From: Octopus sinensis
Lineage: Eukaryota
Assembly (NCBI RefSeq): GCF_006345805.1
Contig: NC_043008.1
Span: 76,570,001 to 76,634,000, forward strand
Length of the DNA stretch: 64,000 nt
Reading direction: 5' to 3'
Shown here: positions 13,201 through 25,520 of the stretch, in pieces
Layout of the letters: every line of letters starts with the position of its first letter
Position numbering within the stretch: position 1 is the first letter of the stretch
Notes under the pieces: generated by a model
What the model was told of the DNA's origin: nothing
What the model saw: only the letters and a program-made list of their open reading frames with translations
Databases searched by the model: none
Program-made: the position numbers and the translations under genes

Positions 13201-14079
13201 ATATAATTTTAAAATAAATTTACAAGCTGGGAATACCATAATACTAAAATAAAATTTTATGCACACGTGTATGAGTGCATATAACTATGCGGTATACAAA
13301 TGTATATTGCGAATATGCATATTTAATAAATTCCTTATTCTTAGCCATAAAAAATGTAAATAAATTTTTACTGAGGCCCAATATGTTTTAAATTCAAAAT
13401 TAGGATTAGTTTTATGAAAGAATATTAAAATTGGAATGTTCATCTTCAGTGCTTGGCTTTTGATCGCCAAATAATCGATAGTTTCCATTGTGTCTATTTA
13501 AAGTTTTAAACTATTTCCCAAAACCTTGATTTCTTTTAAATGTTGGAGTAAAAACAAGCATTTTTTACGAAAAATCAAGTTAAACTTTTATATCATATTG
13601 ATTCGATTTAGAGCCATAAAGTTGTCAGGGCAGAACGAGATGCTTTCTCTGATAGATGTTCAGTAATAGTTTCGATTACCTTCGCCTGAGAAGGTATCGG
13701 AGTTTAATTAGACTGGCAGAGTAGATTAGATTAATTTATTGGACCTCTTGTTCACAGGTTACAAGTTCAAAACGCCTTCAGACATTTCACTTGGTTTCTA
13801 TCAAATTACTTTGTTCTTCATGCCTTAATTTATTTTGCAGTGTAAACGAATCTATGGGTTTTACCTGAAATATACTGGTGTATTATCCTAGAGGAGGAAA
13901 TATTTCACTTACAATCAACGTGAAATAAAGTGTCTTACTCAAGAACACAGCACACTGCCCTGTCCAGGAATCGAACTCACAACCTCATAGAGTATTTTTA
14001 TGACTACTAATGAAACAGGTTATATCTTTTATAGCTATTAATTGTATAAGGAATCTCTATGTAATCATTATTGACACAT

Positions 14080-14295
14080 AAGGTAGTGACTTAGCTGAAT
14101 CGTTAGCACACCGGGCAAAATGCTTACAGCATTTCATACGTCATCACGTTCTGAGTTTAAATTCCTCAGAGGGCTACTTTGCCTCTCATCTTTTTGGGCT
14201 TGATAAAGTGAGTACCAGTGGAGTGCTAGGATCAATTGAATCGATTTACTCTCACCCGCAAAAATTCTGGCCTTCTGTCAAATTTTGAAACCAAT
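14080..14295 (+). mobile_element. tRNA-derived SINE (family B)
   Basis: GAATCGTTAGCACACCGGGC...GTTCTGAGTTTAAATTCC...GATAAAGTGAGTACCAGT...TTTGAAACCAAT. Homologous to 29320-29512. Confidence 0.65.
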
Positions 14296-14934
14296 AAATG
14301 GGATTATGTTATGCAAATGTTATAGGTTAATAACAGATTTAAGTACAAACACAGTGAGTTGTGTGATTTCTAGGTTAGGGTTGGAACTTTAGTGATATTC
14401 CATTAAGGTGGGTCAATAGGAGTGAAACGCTGATAATATTTCAGCTAGTCGTGTCTGTAGGAGGTGAGTAGATAATATTCCAGTGAACCGAATCTATGAG
14501 GGAGAACGAATATGACCGATATTTAGTTTATTGATCTTGAATGAATGTAAGTAAAACATTTTCAATGAGATTCTACTTATACGGAAGAAAATATATCTTA
14601 TGCATGTGATATTCCACTGTTTCGATAACAACTTATTTCCATTTCATTAATATTAGTAAAGGTTCCTAACATAAAGACTAAGTCTGAAATATTGGAATTG
14701 AGCATAGTCTATTAAACTGACACCAAATGCAACGGATGAGGAAGGGTAAAGATGGGTTTGAACTCAAGAAGAAAATGGATAGAACTAAATGCAGAAAGTT
14801 ATTTTATCAACCACTTCTCAAATTCCGACAATCCTCCACACTTCCATTACCTTTAATAATGATGCCGTCCATTGGTATAATCTAGTGTAGTGCATGTATG
14901 TAGTAGTCTACGATAGTCTTCGATTACCAGACTT

Positions 14935-15110
14935 CGGCCACACTCGCCACAATATCGCTTCCTTTGGAACTGCGTACAGGGTTTTCATGACGAGAAAATG
15001 ATACAACAGCACCAAATCAAAAAGAGAATCTCCAATGCAACTGCTGTGACCAGGTATGTCTCTCCTGTACCGGTCTCCTCATTCAATCGAGAATGTGCGG
15101 TCGACGTAGA
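14935..15110 (+). pseudogene. RTE LINE C-terminal zinc-finger remnant
   Basis: LQCNCCDQVCLSCTGLLIQSRMC resembles the RTE terminal CxxC..C.SRIGL.SH motif. Confidence 0.4.
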
Positions 15111-16115
15111 TAGCATTCTTCGTGAACTTTCGTTTACGGTGTTAAGCTGCAATGAAATAGAGGGAGAGAGTGTAGATTGTAATGGAGGGTTGGATAAAGT
15201 GGGATATAGTGGAGAAGAGGTAGAGTGTAGAGAAGTAATGTGGAAGGAGTGTATAATATGGAGGATGCACGTATTGTGGAATGGAAGTGTATATTGTAGA
15301 GATGTATTTAGTAGAGATGTATAAAGTAGTATACAGTATCTGTCACTCGAAAACTTTTAGTCTCTGACACTCTACTGTAATTTAGTGTGCCACTTACAAT
15401 CGCAGCCTCTTCATTCACCTGCCAGCTGAGATTTGGTTTCGCATACCGTGACTATGCACCATCATTCGATTTCAGCTAAAGATGTTGCTTAGCTACAATA
15501 CATTAATGGTCGCAGTGGTAGATGTTATGATGCTCTATCAGAACATCCCGTCTGTGTTTACCAAACATTAAAACAGGAGTAATTGGTAAAACACACGAAA
15601 CTGCATATAGAGGTGTCTGTCTGATAACTGTATTTCCATCCAGGCAAAATAATCTCCCTCTTGCTTCAGAAATATATTATATTATACGTGAATAAATAAT
15701 GGGAGATTCTTTGGCTTTCTTGTTGCTTTTTCGTAGTTGCATATCTGTATTATGTATTTCTCTATCAGTAATTGGTTTATGATGAAAGTCATTTCACACT
15801 GTAGCTTTTGTTTACCTCAATTTCCGTTCTCTAGCCATTTGCCCGAATAACTATTTTGATTTTATCAAAAAAGTTATTTTTCCTTTATAATGTATCGAGA
15901 TTGTGAAGCAATTTTCTATCAGGACAGTTTGCGTTCCTTCATACTTGATATATAATAATATACAATAAACGTGCAGGGCAAGAAATAAATAGAATATTTC
16001 GACATTGACTATAGTTAACGTAGCAACTATGAAATAGAAAAGAAACTAGAAAATAGAAAGGAAACTAACTTGGTTATATATAAATTGATGGTTGATTACT
16101 CTGTGTGTGTGTGTG

Positions 16116-16147
<32 letters not shown>

Positions 16148-16429
16148 CGTGTGTGTGTGTGTGCGTGTGTGCGTGTGTGCGTGTGTATGTTACAATGACT
16201 TCAATGGCTACAGCACGAGTAGCGTAAGTGACGAAGGACTCGGCAAAATAGAAAAGCATACGTCTGCAGTGCAGAGTAAGTACACTTTGTATACTTGGCC
16301 AGTGGATTTTGGCAATTGGGGATCTTATGGCACATGCCTAAGAGAAGTATCTTAGATAGCCGCCAAGCTGTGGGCCAGCAGGGACGTACCTATACCAAGG
16401 ATAGCATAGATCTTGTGGGACAAAATCAG

Positions 16430-16834
16430 TCAGATGATTTTAAGTGCGATATTTTGTGTAGTATATGGCTGTGTGGTGGGTTATCGTGAAACAGCAGTAA
16501 TCTAATAAGGTGCAGAAACGGTTCAAGAGTGTGAGAGTAGAGTTTGGAAGTGAGTAAGAAGATACGGGTATTTGGAATATGTGTGTGTGTCACCCAGAGA
16601 GCGTGAAATGTGATGTAAATGGTTAAGGATTGGAAAATATTTGGATTCTGTACCTGCGGGGGATAAACGTGAGAGGTAAGATGAGTTTCGAATATTGAAG
16701 TCACTGAGGATGATGACTTCTGAGAGGGATGAAGAGAAATAGATGTCCTCAAAAAGATATGGTCGAAAAGTTGTTGAGTGAGAGAAACTGTTCAGAGAGT
16801 TCTCGAGCAAGGAAATGTATACACTCACCCACAC
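16430..16834 (-). pseudogene. CR1/L2-like LINE APE endonuclease remnant
   Basis: SEVIILSDFNIRN...SPAGTE...ILNHL contains a GDFN-like motif. Confidence 0.5.
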
Positions 16835-16856
16835 ACATATACATACATCATATATC

Positions 16857-16923
<67 letters not shown>

Positions 16924-16949
16924 CACACATACACATACATACATACATC

Positions 16950-17200
16950 TACATAACAGCCCACTAACTATTCTACTCTACCTGTGTAAACTGGGGGTAT
17001 GGGGATATGATATCAACTATCTATATTTCCTATTTAGTATAGGGAAAGTGTGAGCAACGGACAGAGTCAAAACTATTGAAAAGGTTGCAAGACGCAACGA
17101 AAATTTTAGAAAAATAAAAAAAGAAATAAGTGGAAATATTACCGGTGAGTGTGTTAAATTATAAGGCACCAAAAAAGAATGACTCTCTCCAGACACAACA
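16950..17200 (+). repeat. Deleted third copy of the 6045-7188 family, following (AT)n
   Basis: 16950-17040 resembles 6558-6655 and 17062-17200 resembles 7048-7188. Confidence 0.75.
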
Positions 17201-19620
17201 TAATAATGTTTATTTTATTGATACACCCAGCTGGTATGTTATCATTATTTAGCATATTTAAGAAATCTTTGTTTTGGGTGAACTAGGTCTTCATAAATGC
17301 ATGTTAGACATGTTAATTATTTTAGCTAGATTTATGAAATGTTATCCTCTTTAAATATATGTACTCCATTCAGTTCTACCCCGTTTTCAAAATTTATTCG
17401 AATTTCGTTGAGGAATAAAGTGATTTTTTTTTTTTACTTTTCATTAAGTTATATAAATTGTGATATTTCAACTCCACTGGCCTCTTACCAAAGTTCTACA
17501 AATCTCCTTGTCAATTTCCATATTTTAGTGGAATATGGTGGGGTGTAAGGTTTTGATGAATTTTTTTACAGACTTAAAAGATTTTATTTTACATAAAATA
17601 TTGTATTTTTTAACATTTCTTTATTTTGGTGATTTTTCATTCATCTCAGATTTTTTTCTTTTCATTTTCTTATCTCTCCTAACTCATGATCTCATCTAAT
17701 TTCAACTTTCTTTTGTTGTTTCATTTTTTTTTCTCGGTGATATTTAAATTTTTTCACTTTGAATATCTTATATTCGTATTTTGTATTTTCTAATTCTCTT
17801 CATGTTATTTTATATTTTACCAGACTGGCTATTGTACTTCGTGCTTCTACGACTACATTATTCAGTTATTGCCATAAATTAATGCTTTCTATCACCTCAA
17901 CATACCACATTGTCTTGTATTAGAGCTCTTTTTAATTTCTATTTTCATGATTTTCGTGGAAATTTCTATATCATTTATTTTACTTTTTAATCGCAGAGGG
18001 CCTGTTATCTGACAAATACCTGAGCATCGAACTAAATACTTTCCAGCATCTAGTTTCGACTCTCTCAGTTTTAAGTTCTTATTTTAATGAAACAATTTTG
18101 ACTTTTATATGTCAAGAATCGATAGAATCCTACCAATTAGAATATAATTAATAGTAGTTTAAAGAAAGTTATCAGAATTTATTGGTAAATAGTGACACAT
18201 TCTAATCCAGAGATCCAGATATCGTTGCGTTGACACTGTTAACACTAATAAAATATCAAACTAAAAAGAAATTACCCCAGATATTAATATGACAACAGTT
18301 ATGCTTGTGGGAATTACAACTTTGATTCACAACTATGTGATTTTCAATTCGATCCCATAGTATAGTATCTTTGGCGTGTGTTATATACCGTGTATACTAT
18401 ATATCCGTATTTAGAGTAAAATTTGTGAAACAGAAACTGAAATTTCCTTGTAAAGACTATTCTTGTTTTAGAGAGGTTAACACCCGGGTTAAAATCCACA
18501 CTTTGTTCTTAGGTGCTTTTACTGGAGTCTACTCTGTTGTAAGCATCTTGGTAGATAACTTCGTTCCTTTCTCCCACTAGTGTCAGAAGTGTTTAAAAGA
18601 ACTATGTGTTCTACTCTCCCACCTCTAACTAAATGGTGAAAAGAGAATCCCATCTCTTACTTTTTTTATGATTTTAATTCTAAAAGATAGTTTAAAGTGG
18701 GGATCACTACCCATGACAAAGAATGAAGAAAACTGAACGAATCTATTTTGTTTTGTAATTATAGAAAATTTGTAACAATTGTAACTGCTTTGGGAGTGTA
18801 ACAATTGTGACTTCCATTTAGATAACGGAGTTGAGTTTACTGTTATTAACAAGCTCTATGTGAATATCTTTCATTCTGATTCTATATAAATTATGGAGCT
18901 TTCATGCTATGCAGTATGTTTTCTTCTATTTGACAATTCTTAATTTATATCTTTCTTTTTACGATATTTCTCTGCTCTGATTTTAAAGAAAGTAATCTTC
19001 CTCGTTCTTCTCTAGAAAACTTCCACTATCAAATTTAGATGAAGTTCCTAAATTCTTATCACTCTCCAGCAAATTTAACATATGTGGGGAATTTTCAAAG
19101 TGTTGCGTTACCTTCGAGAATTGTTCTGATGTTGCAGAATTCAAGAATTTTCCAAACTATTCTGTAACGTCGTCTTGGACTTAATCTATGTTACGATTGC
19201 TGATTGCTACCAAAAGTATAATTCTAGGTTAGTTATTTCGTCTTTATAATTTGGTATGTTAATGAAAATCATTTTCTTTTTTTATGTCCAAAGTATTTAC
19301 CAATTACTTTCTTAATTCTGTATCGATGGTGCGATTTCTAACAGCAGTCAAATGCAGTATAGTTTCAGATCAAATATGCTGATTTTCTACCATTTCTTTG
19401 TTCTTTACAGCAATAACCAACGTGATGACACAAGGCAGTGTCTTTCCCTCTAAAGTATAAGTTAAAGTGAAGTAATTATTCAGAATCGGTGATTTAGTGG
19501 ATGCCAAGTTTGTTATCATTAATTTTGAAATGACATTTCTTTCAATTTCAGTCTAAAACAATGTGCATAACCAAAATTGAATACTTTATGATTGGAGATC
19601 AAACTCATTGAGACGTAATG

Positions 19621-19666
<46 letters not shown>

Positions 19667-21869
19667 TTTACGCTATCGTCTGGTAAATAGGCTGAAAAAT
19701 AATATTACTACAACGCTTTGAATACTTTCACTTCTTATTTAAAATTCTAGAAAAAAATAAATTTCACACTGTTTTCAGATCATTTTTGTCTGGAAGTTTT
19801 ATTTTCCCCTTTAAATACATAGATGTCAAACTTGCGCATTTTTAAAAAGCAGAGTAATATTAACTGCTCTAAGTTCCAGTATAGCTACAGATATCAATCA
19901 GTGCGCTGACATTCTTCTTAAAGTAATAATGCATATGTTTGTCATTTGTTATGTTTACAATATTGAGTAGCTTTTTCTCAAAGGAAACTATTTTCTTCAC
20001 ATCATGCTTTTCCTGCAATTTTTTACTTTCAAAACTGCAGTGTGGTGGACCAGTCAGTCAGAGTACATGACAGATGTATGTTTGAACAACCCTTGATCTA
20101 TAGAAAGAAATAAAAGAAATTGAAAGAGAAAATCATATTTCGTATTACATACACACAAAAAGCACATATACCTATATGTATGCATTTATATATGTATGCA
20201 TACGTGTGTGTGTATATGTTTGTATCAGTGTTAGTGTCTAAATGCGTATGTGTGTATGTGCATGAGTGTATGTATGCATACCTGTATGATAGATTCTTCC
20301 ACTAAGTTTGACATACAAACGCTCAGCAACATAAAAATGTATGTATTATTAGCATCTGAACAAAGAAGGAATGATTTCAGTGATATAAATTTGCACAGAT
20401 CCTAACCAATATTTCCCTACATTTCCGCAGCAACTATTCAATAACACACAAAGCTGTTAAATTCAGATTTAATTTGTATTTCATGCAGCAACAAAATTTT
20501 CGTTGCAGAACTACTACCTGGTTCCAGATATTGTTCCGCTGCAAAAGAAATGATTTGCAAGATTGTCTTTTTTTTTTTTTTTGAAGAGGTTAACTGTTGC
20601 CTATGCGTGCTTGCAAGTCTCTCCTCTCCACCGATATTGACCCAAAGTAATGACCGTCGATACATCTCCACAACAGCGACAGCGGAGGTGTCACAGTTTG
20701 AATTCAAAGAGTCGGAAGAGACACTACATGATTTCTTCCCTAACACTTTAACTAATCTACTTCCTTAAGCATATAAAACAATGAAATTTCTTACATACAT
20801 GCACACACGCATGCACACATACACACAAACACAAAAACAGATATACTAAGCGTGGGCAATATACATATTCATGGAAAGAGTGACAGAGTGTGCGGTAAAT
20901 ATATACAGAGGGGTAAAGTTTACAAGTACAAACGTGTGAATGAAAGATGGACAAATATAGACAGAGATCTTTTCTGTGGCTGTCTCAGATTTTCAATTTT
21001 TAAAATAAGTGAAAACTTCTAAATTTAGCATTTTCATGTACTTTTTCTCGCTAAATCGTATTTTCTGATTCAGTCACTCCAGAAAACAAAATATTGGAAA
21101 AATGCTACAGAGGTTTAGATTTTGATCATTTTTACGCAATCAGAAGACAGGGGTTGGAAACTAGTGTTTTATAAATGATAGCTGTCTATCACATAATGAG
21201 AGTAAACATAACAATGACAAAGCTTTACACAAAAGGAAAACAATGGAAACTGAAAGGCAGAATCATGCGTGAAAGACACACATATACAGAGAGAGCGTGG
21301 TAAATATAAGGAGAGAGGAAAGAAGTAACAGAGACAGAAACTGGGGGAGACTGATAAAAAGTGGTAGCTTTGTTGATATAAAGCTGAGTTATTTCCCAGA
21401 TCAAATTATATTTTTAGATTAATTTTAACCGAAAATCTGCCGTTGGGACTCAGATTTCGAAAATCAAATCCGTTTTTCTCGCAGATTTCGAAAATCAAAT
21501 CTGTTTTTCTAGAGTTCAGAGACTTTCGAGGCTACACGCGCGCGCACACACAGATACACACACACACATACACACACTCAAACACAAACACGCACGCACA
21601 TACATTTTCGTTTATATAGTAGATATGAAATATTAAATCAACAAAACTGTAAGAAGCGAATATGTAAAGAATGTTGTATAAATTATGAAATATAGAAAGG
21701 AAACTACATGGAATGGGTACTGATAAAAAAGGGAAGTAAGGGAGTAAACACATGTTCGATATAAATTGAATGATCTAGCTGATACTTTTCGATTTTTTAA
21801 AATACATTTATTTTCCGATAGAATATTGTGTTTCTTTTTCCTTTTATGCAAACTAACAAATTTAACCTG

Positions 21870-22470
21870 AACACCCTTTAGGTGATAGATGGGAGATAAC
21901 AGTTTACTCAAAGTTGCCGCCCTCAGCTCTCATCAGTGCTTCAAAACGACTCCGGAACATAGCTCATGGTTTCTTGCTGTGTCTCTGGGAAGATCTTCAA
22001 ACACCTCCTTGATCCTGGCCGCAAACTTGGTCTTCGTATTGCAGATAGAGTGGTTGGTATCTTTCTCAACTGCGTCACACACATATAATCCCTGGGGGTC
22101 ACCAGGAGTTAGGAAGCCAGAAATGTTGGGGCTGGTGAAGTTAAATATGTAGAGCAGCCTGACGTCACTCTCACTGGAGTGACATCGAAGCACCATCACA
22201 GTTTGGAGAAATTTGGTTTTGATGATACGCGTGGAATTACACGGATTGTAAGCAAGCCATCTGTTTTTCTGGATGTTATGCAACTGGTCCTGGCAGAAGT
22301 ACTTTTCATCCTCACTCACCTGGATGGCTCAGCTCGTTCAGAAAAATCTTTGCCTTTCTCAAGCAGTTGGCCTCACAATTTTTACAGGGTTCATAAAGCA
22401 TTGAACAGCAGTCATGATGTTGACATTTTGATACACGGCACGAATCATCATGATGCAAGAAAACTATTTG
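21870..22470 (-). mobile_element. Tc1/mariner (DD37D/maT-like) transposase remnant
   Basis: KTKFLQTVMVL and YVCDAVEKDTNHSICNTKTKFAARIKEVFEDLP. Confidence 0.6.
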
Positions 22471-22570
22471 CGTGTGTGTGTGTGTGTGTGTGAGTGGTGT
22501 GAGTGTGTGTGTGTGTGTGTGTGCGCACGCGTGTGTGTGTTTGTGTGTGTGTGCGTGTATCTATGTATGT

Positions 22571-22851
22571 ATGAATAAATAATAGAAAATGGATTGAACG
22601 GCATTCTTTATTTAAAACCTCGACAATTGTTTCGACAAATGTTTACACTTGTATATTGGTGAAATGTTAAAATTTGCTTGTGTAATCACTACCATCCATC
22701 CAAAATGTAAGATGCGCTTCTTCAGATGTTTGTTTTAAATAAGTTCTTTGTTAGATCATGCTGTTATTTCACTCAGTTGGATAATGAATACTAAAGCAAG
22801 TGTGCATACATGCATACACCTATACATACTCACACATATATACACACATAT

Positions 22852-22904
<53 letters not shown>

Positions 22905-23244
22905 AAAGCTTGCTTTCAAACATCAATGGATCGGATTTTCTTTCCATATAAGGAGCAAAACCTGGTGCCGATTCTATAAATGCTAATACTTGTACATACT
23001 TTATTGAGGACTGAAATACAAAGTTGTCGTAAGATGAATTCGTGAAAGGACAGTATGATCTAACGAAGGATTATTTAAAACAATCACATGAGAAAGCGCA
23101 TCTTACACTTTGGATGGATGATCTTGATTACACAAAGTGGTAATCTTATTATCTCAACAATGTACTACGAGTGTAAAAATATGTCGAAACAGTTGTAGTG
23201 ATTTTGAATAAAGGCTGTCGTTCAATCCAGTTTCAATTATTCAT
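22571..23244. repeat. Inverted pair of diverged ~200-bp hammerhead-like pLTR fragments
   Basis: 22571-22772 is a diverged reverse complement of 23043-23244. CTGAAGA...GAAAC-AATT-GTC on minus, ATGAGAA...GAAAC-AGTT-GTA on plus, each followed by AATAAA. Confidence 0.7.
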
Positions 23245-24230
23245 CTGTCTATATAGATATTATTGAATTCTTGATGTATTTACAGTCGCAAGAGCATTTC
23301 TACTGTATGATGACATCAGATGGCCAATAAGTGTAGAACTTTGCATGGCCATATTACAAGGTACTTACCCCAATATTATTTAATTATATATATATGTTTG
23401 TATGTATGTATGTATGTATTATGTATTTATGTATGTATGTATTATGTATTTACGTATGTATGTATATTATAACTGAAAGGTTCCAATTTCTAATACTCAC
23501 AGTTGATCGTTTCCGATCATCAGTTGGTAAATCGAGTCTCTTGTCCTTTGAAATACCCACTGTTTGATCTTTTTGTCTTTGTTCTTTTAATATGACATGA
23601 AGGTTTAAAGAAAGCGCTTCTCTTTATGTCTTTCGTTTAAAAACCTAGTGCGAAAACGGCTGCTTCTATCTCACGCTTCTGGTTTCATTTCTGGTTCTAG
23701 TGGAAATGTTATTATAAACGTTATATACTCCATACAATGGAAGTAGTGAAATTGCATTGCTGCTTAAGTAACGGTCCCCATTAAGTTACGGGGACGTAAA
23801 CACATTATTCCAAAATAATACTTATAAGTAATTCTTTAATATTTTTTAAAACAATGTGTATATGGTTGTTCATTTCCGCCAGTGCAGACGCATACATATA
23901 TATGTTTGTACGCTCAGAGACACGCATATATACAGAGAATAATATAGTCTTGTATACATATATATATATATAAGGTGGTTGTCTACTCCGTATGCAGAGT
24001 CTGACCACCTCTTGTACCTATACCTTAGATTCATCATGGCGTCTGATGTGGCTTTTTAAACGAGACTGCGTATTGAAAAGACACTTACATAGATTGCATA
24101 TCCGATTTGGACCATCAAGAGCTGTCGTTAAGTTCTGAACTTTGTTGGCTTTAAAATGTATTTTGAGACCTCTTTTAGAATTGCAGACCTTATGGCATAC
24201 ACGGCATTGAAAGGTGTGCACAGATACATA

Positions 24231-25520
24231 CGAGGGGCGTTCAATAAGTAATGCCCCTGACCCACTTCCCATAGCAGTAGAGCAACGAAACTTGGCACAG
24301 TTATTAGTCTTTTTCTACATAGGAACCACCCAGAGCTACGCATTTCTCCCATTGTTTGATGCAGCTCTGGAGACCGTTTTTTTAGAAGACCCCAGCTTGG
24401 TCCTCCAACCTGAACGTGACTTCAGAAATCAAGGCTGCATCATCTGGGAAACGCTTTCCTTTCAAAAACAACTTCATGACTGGGAAGAGGTGAAAATCAG
24501 AGGGTGCAAGGTCAGGAAAGTAGGGGGATGGGGGAGGAGTTCATAGCCATACGCCTGTGCTTCTGATCTGGCGACAAGCGAGTTGTGGACCGGAGCGTTG
24601 TCCTGCAGGAGGAGGATACCTTTGCTGATCTTGACCCGCCTTTTGATTTTGATAACTTCTCTTAATTTCCTCAAAAGTGAGGCATAATAGGCTCCTGCAA
24701 TTGTGGTACCCTTTGCCAGGAAATCTGTCATCACTACTCCGTCCTGGTCCCAGAAGACTGTGAGCATGACCTTACCAGCGGAGGACTGCACCCTTGCCAT
24801 CTTTGGAGGGGGTGAGTCACGGTGCTTCCACTGCATTGACTGGACTTTGGTCTCTGGATCATCGTGATGGACCCAGGTTTCATCCTGTGTAATCAGTCTT
24901 TTGAAAAATTTTGACTCATCTTCTTGGCACATCTCCAAATTCACCCTCGAGCACTCGACGCGTTCTTGTTTCTGGAAAGGCGTGAGCAACCTGGGAATCC
25001 ATCTGGCAGACACCTTTTGCATATGCAAATGGTCATGAATGATAGTTTCCACAGACCCGGTACTAATCTTGACCTCATGGGCTATTTGGCGAATAATTAT
25101 GCGTCGATCTTCCAAAATGGCAGCCTCAACTTGACGGACAGATGCCTCATCAATGGCAGAAGGGGCGACCAGATCTGGGAGCTGTTTCCACAGAGTTCCG
25201 ACCATGTTTGAATTCACGATGCCAGCGTTTTACAAGGTCATATGATGGGGCATCATCACCATAAGTTACTTTCATTTCATCAAAAGTCTCCCGTGGTGTG
25301 CGTCCTTTCAAATACAAAAACCGGATCACTGCTCGACACTCAACAGGCTCCATTTCACACTTGACTCGGTTCAAACACCTGTAAATCAGAAACCACAATT
25401 AATTCAGAGCTGTAATTTGCCACTTACTCTATAGAGATATGAATAATTGCACATGCAAAATTTCAGCTAGATCAAACAACTGCAAGTGGGTCAGAGGCAT
25501 TACTTATTGAACGTCCCTCG
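24231..25520 (-). mobile_element. Full-length mariner transposon (1290 bp)
   Basis: ~37-bp near-perfect TIRs (CGAGGGGCGTTCAATAAGTAATGCCCCTGACCCACTT), with TA duplicated at 24229-24230 and 25521-25522. Confidence 0.95.
24304..25353 (-). pseudogene. Mariner DD34D transposase with two frameshifts and a late stop
   Basis: MEPVECRAVIRFL, WIPRLL, ITQDETW, LLQDNAP, PDLAPSDFHLF and WEKCVALGGSYVEKD. Confidence 0.9.

Noticed and set aside
19380-20770. Possible host exons (acceptor-like TTTGTTCTTTACAG at ~19410; short ORFs at 20438-20768)
   Set aside because: No recognisable protein or consistent splice structure. RNA-seq would be needed.
21452-21511. 30-bp tandem duplication, and a 16-bp direct repeat at 25866-25903
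   Set aside because: Two-copy local slippage or repair duplications, not an array or CRISPR.
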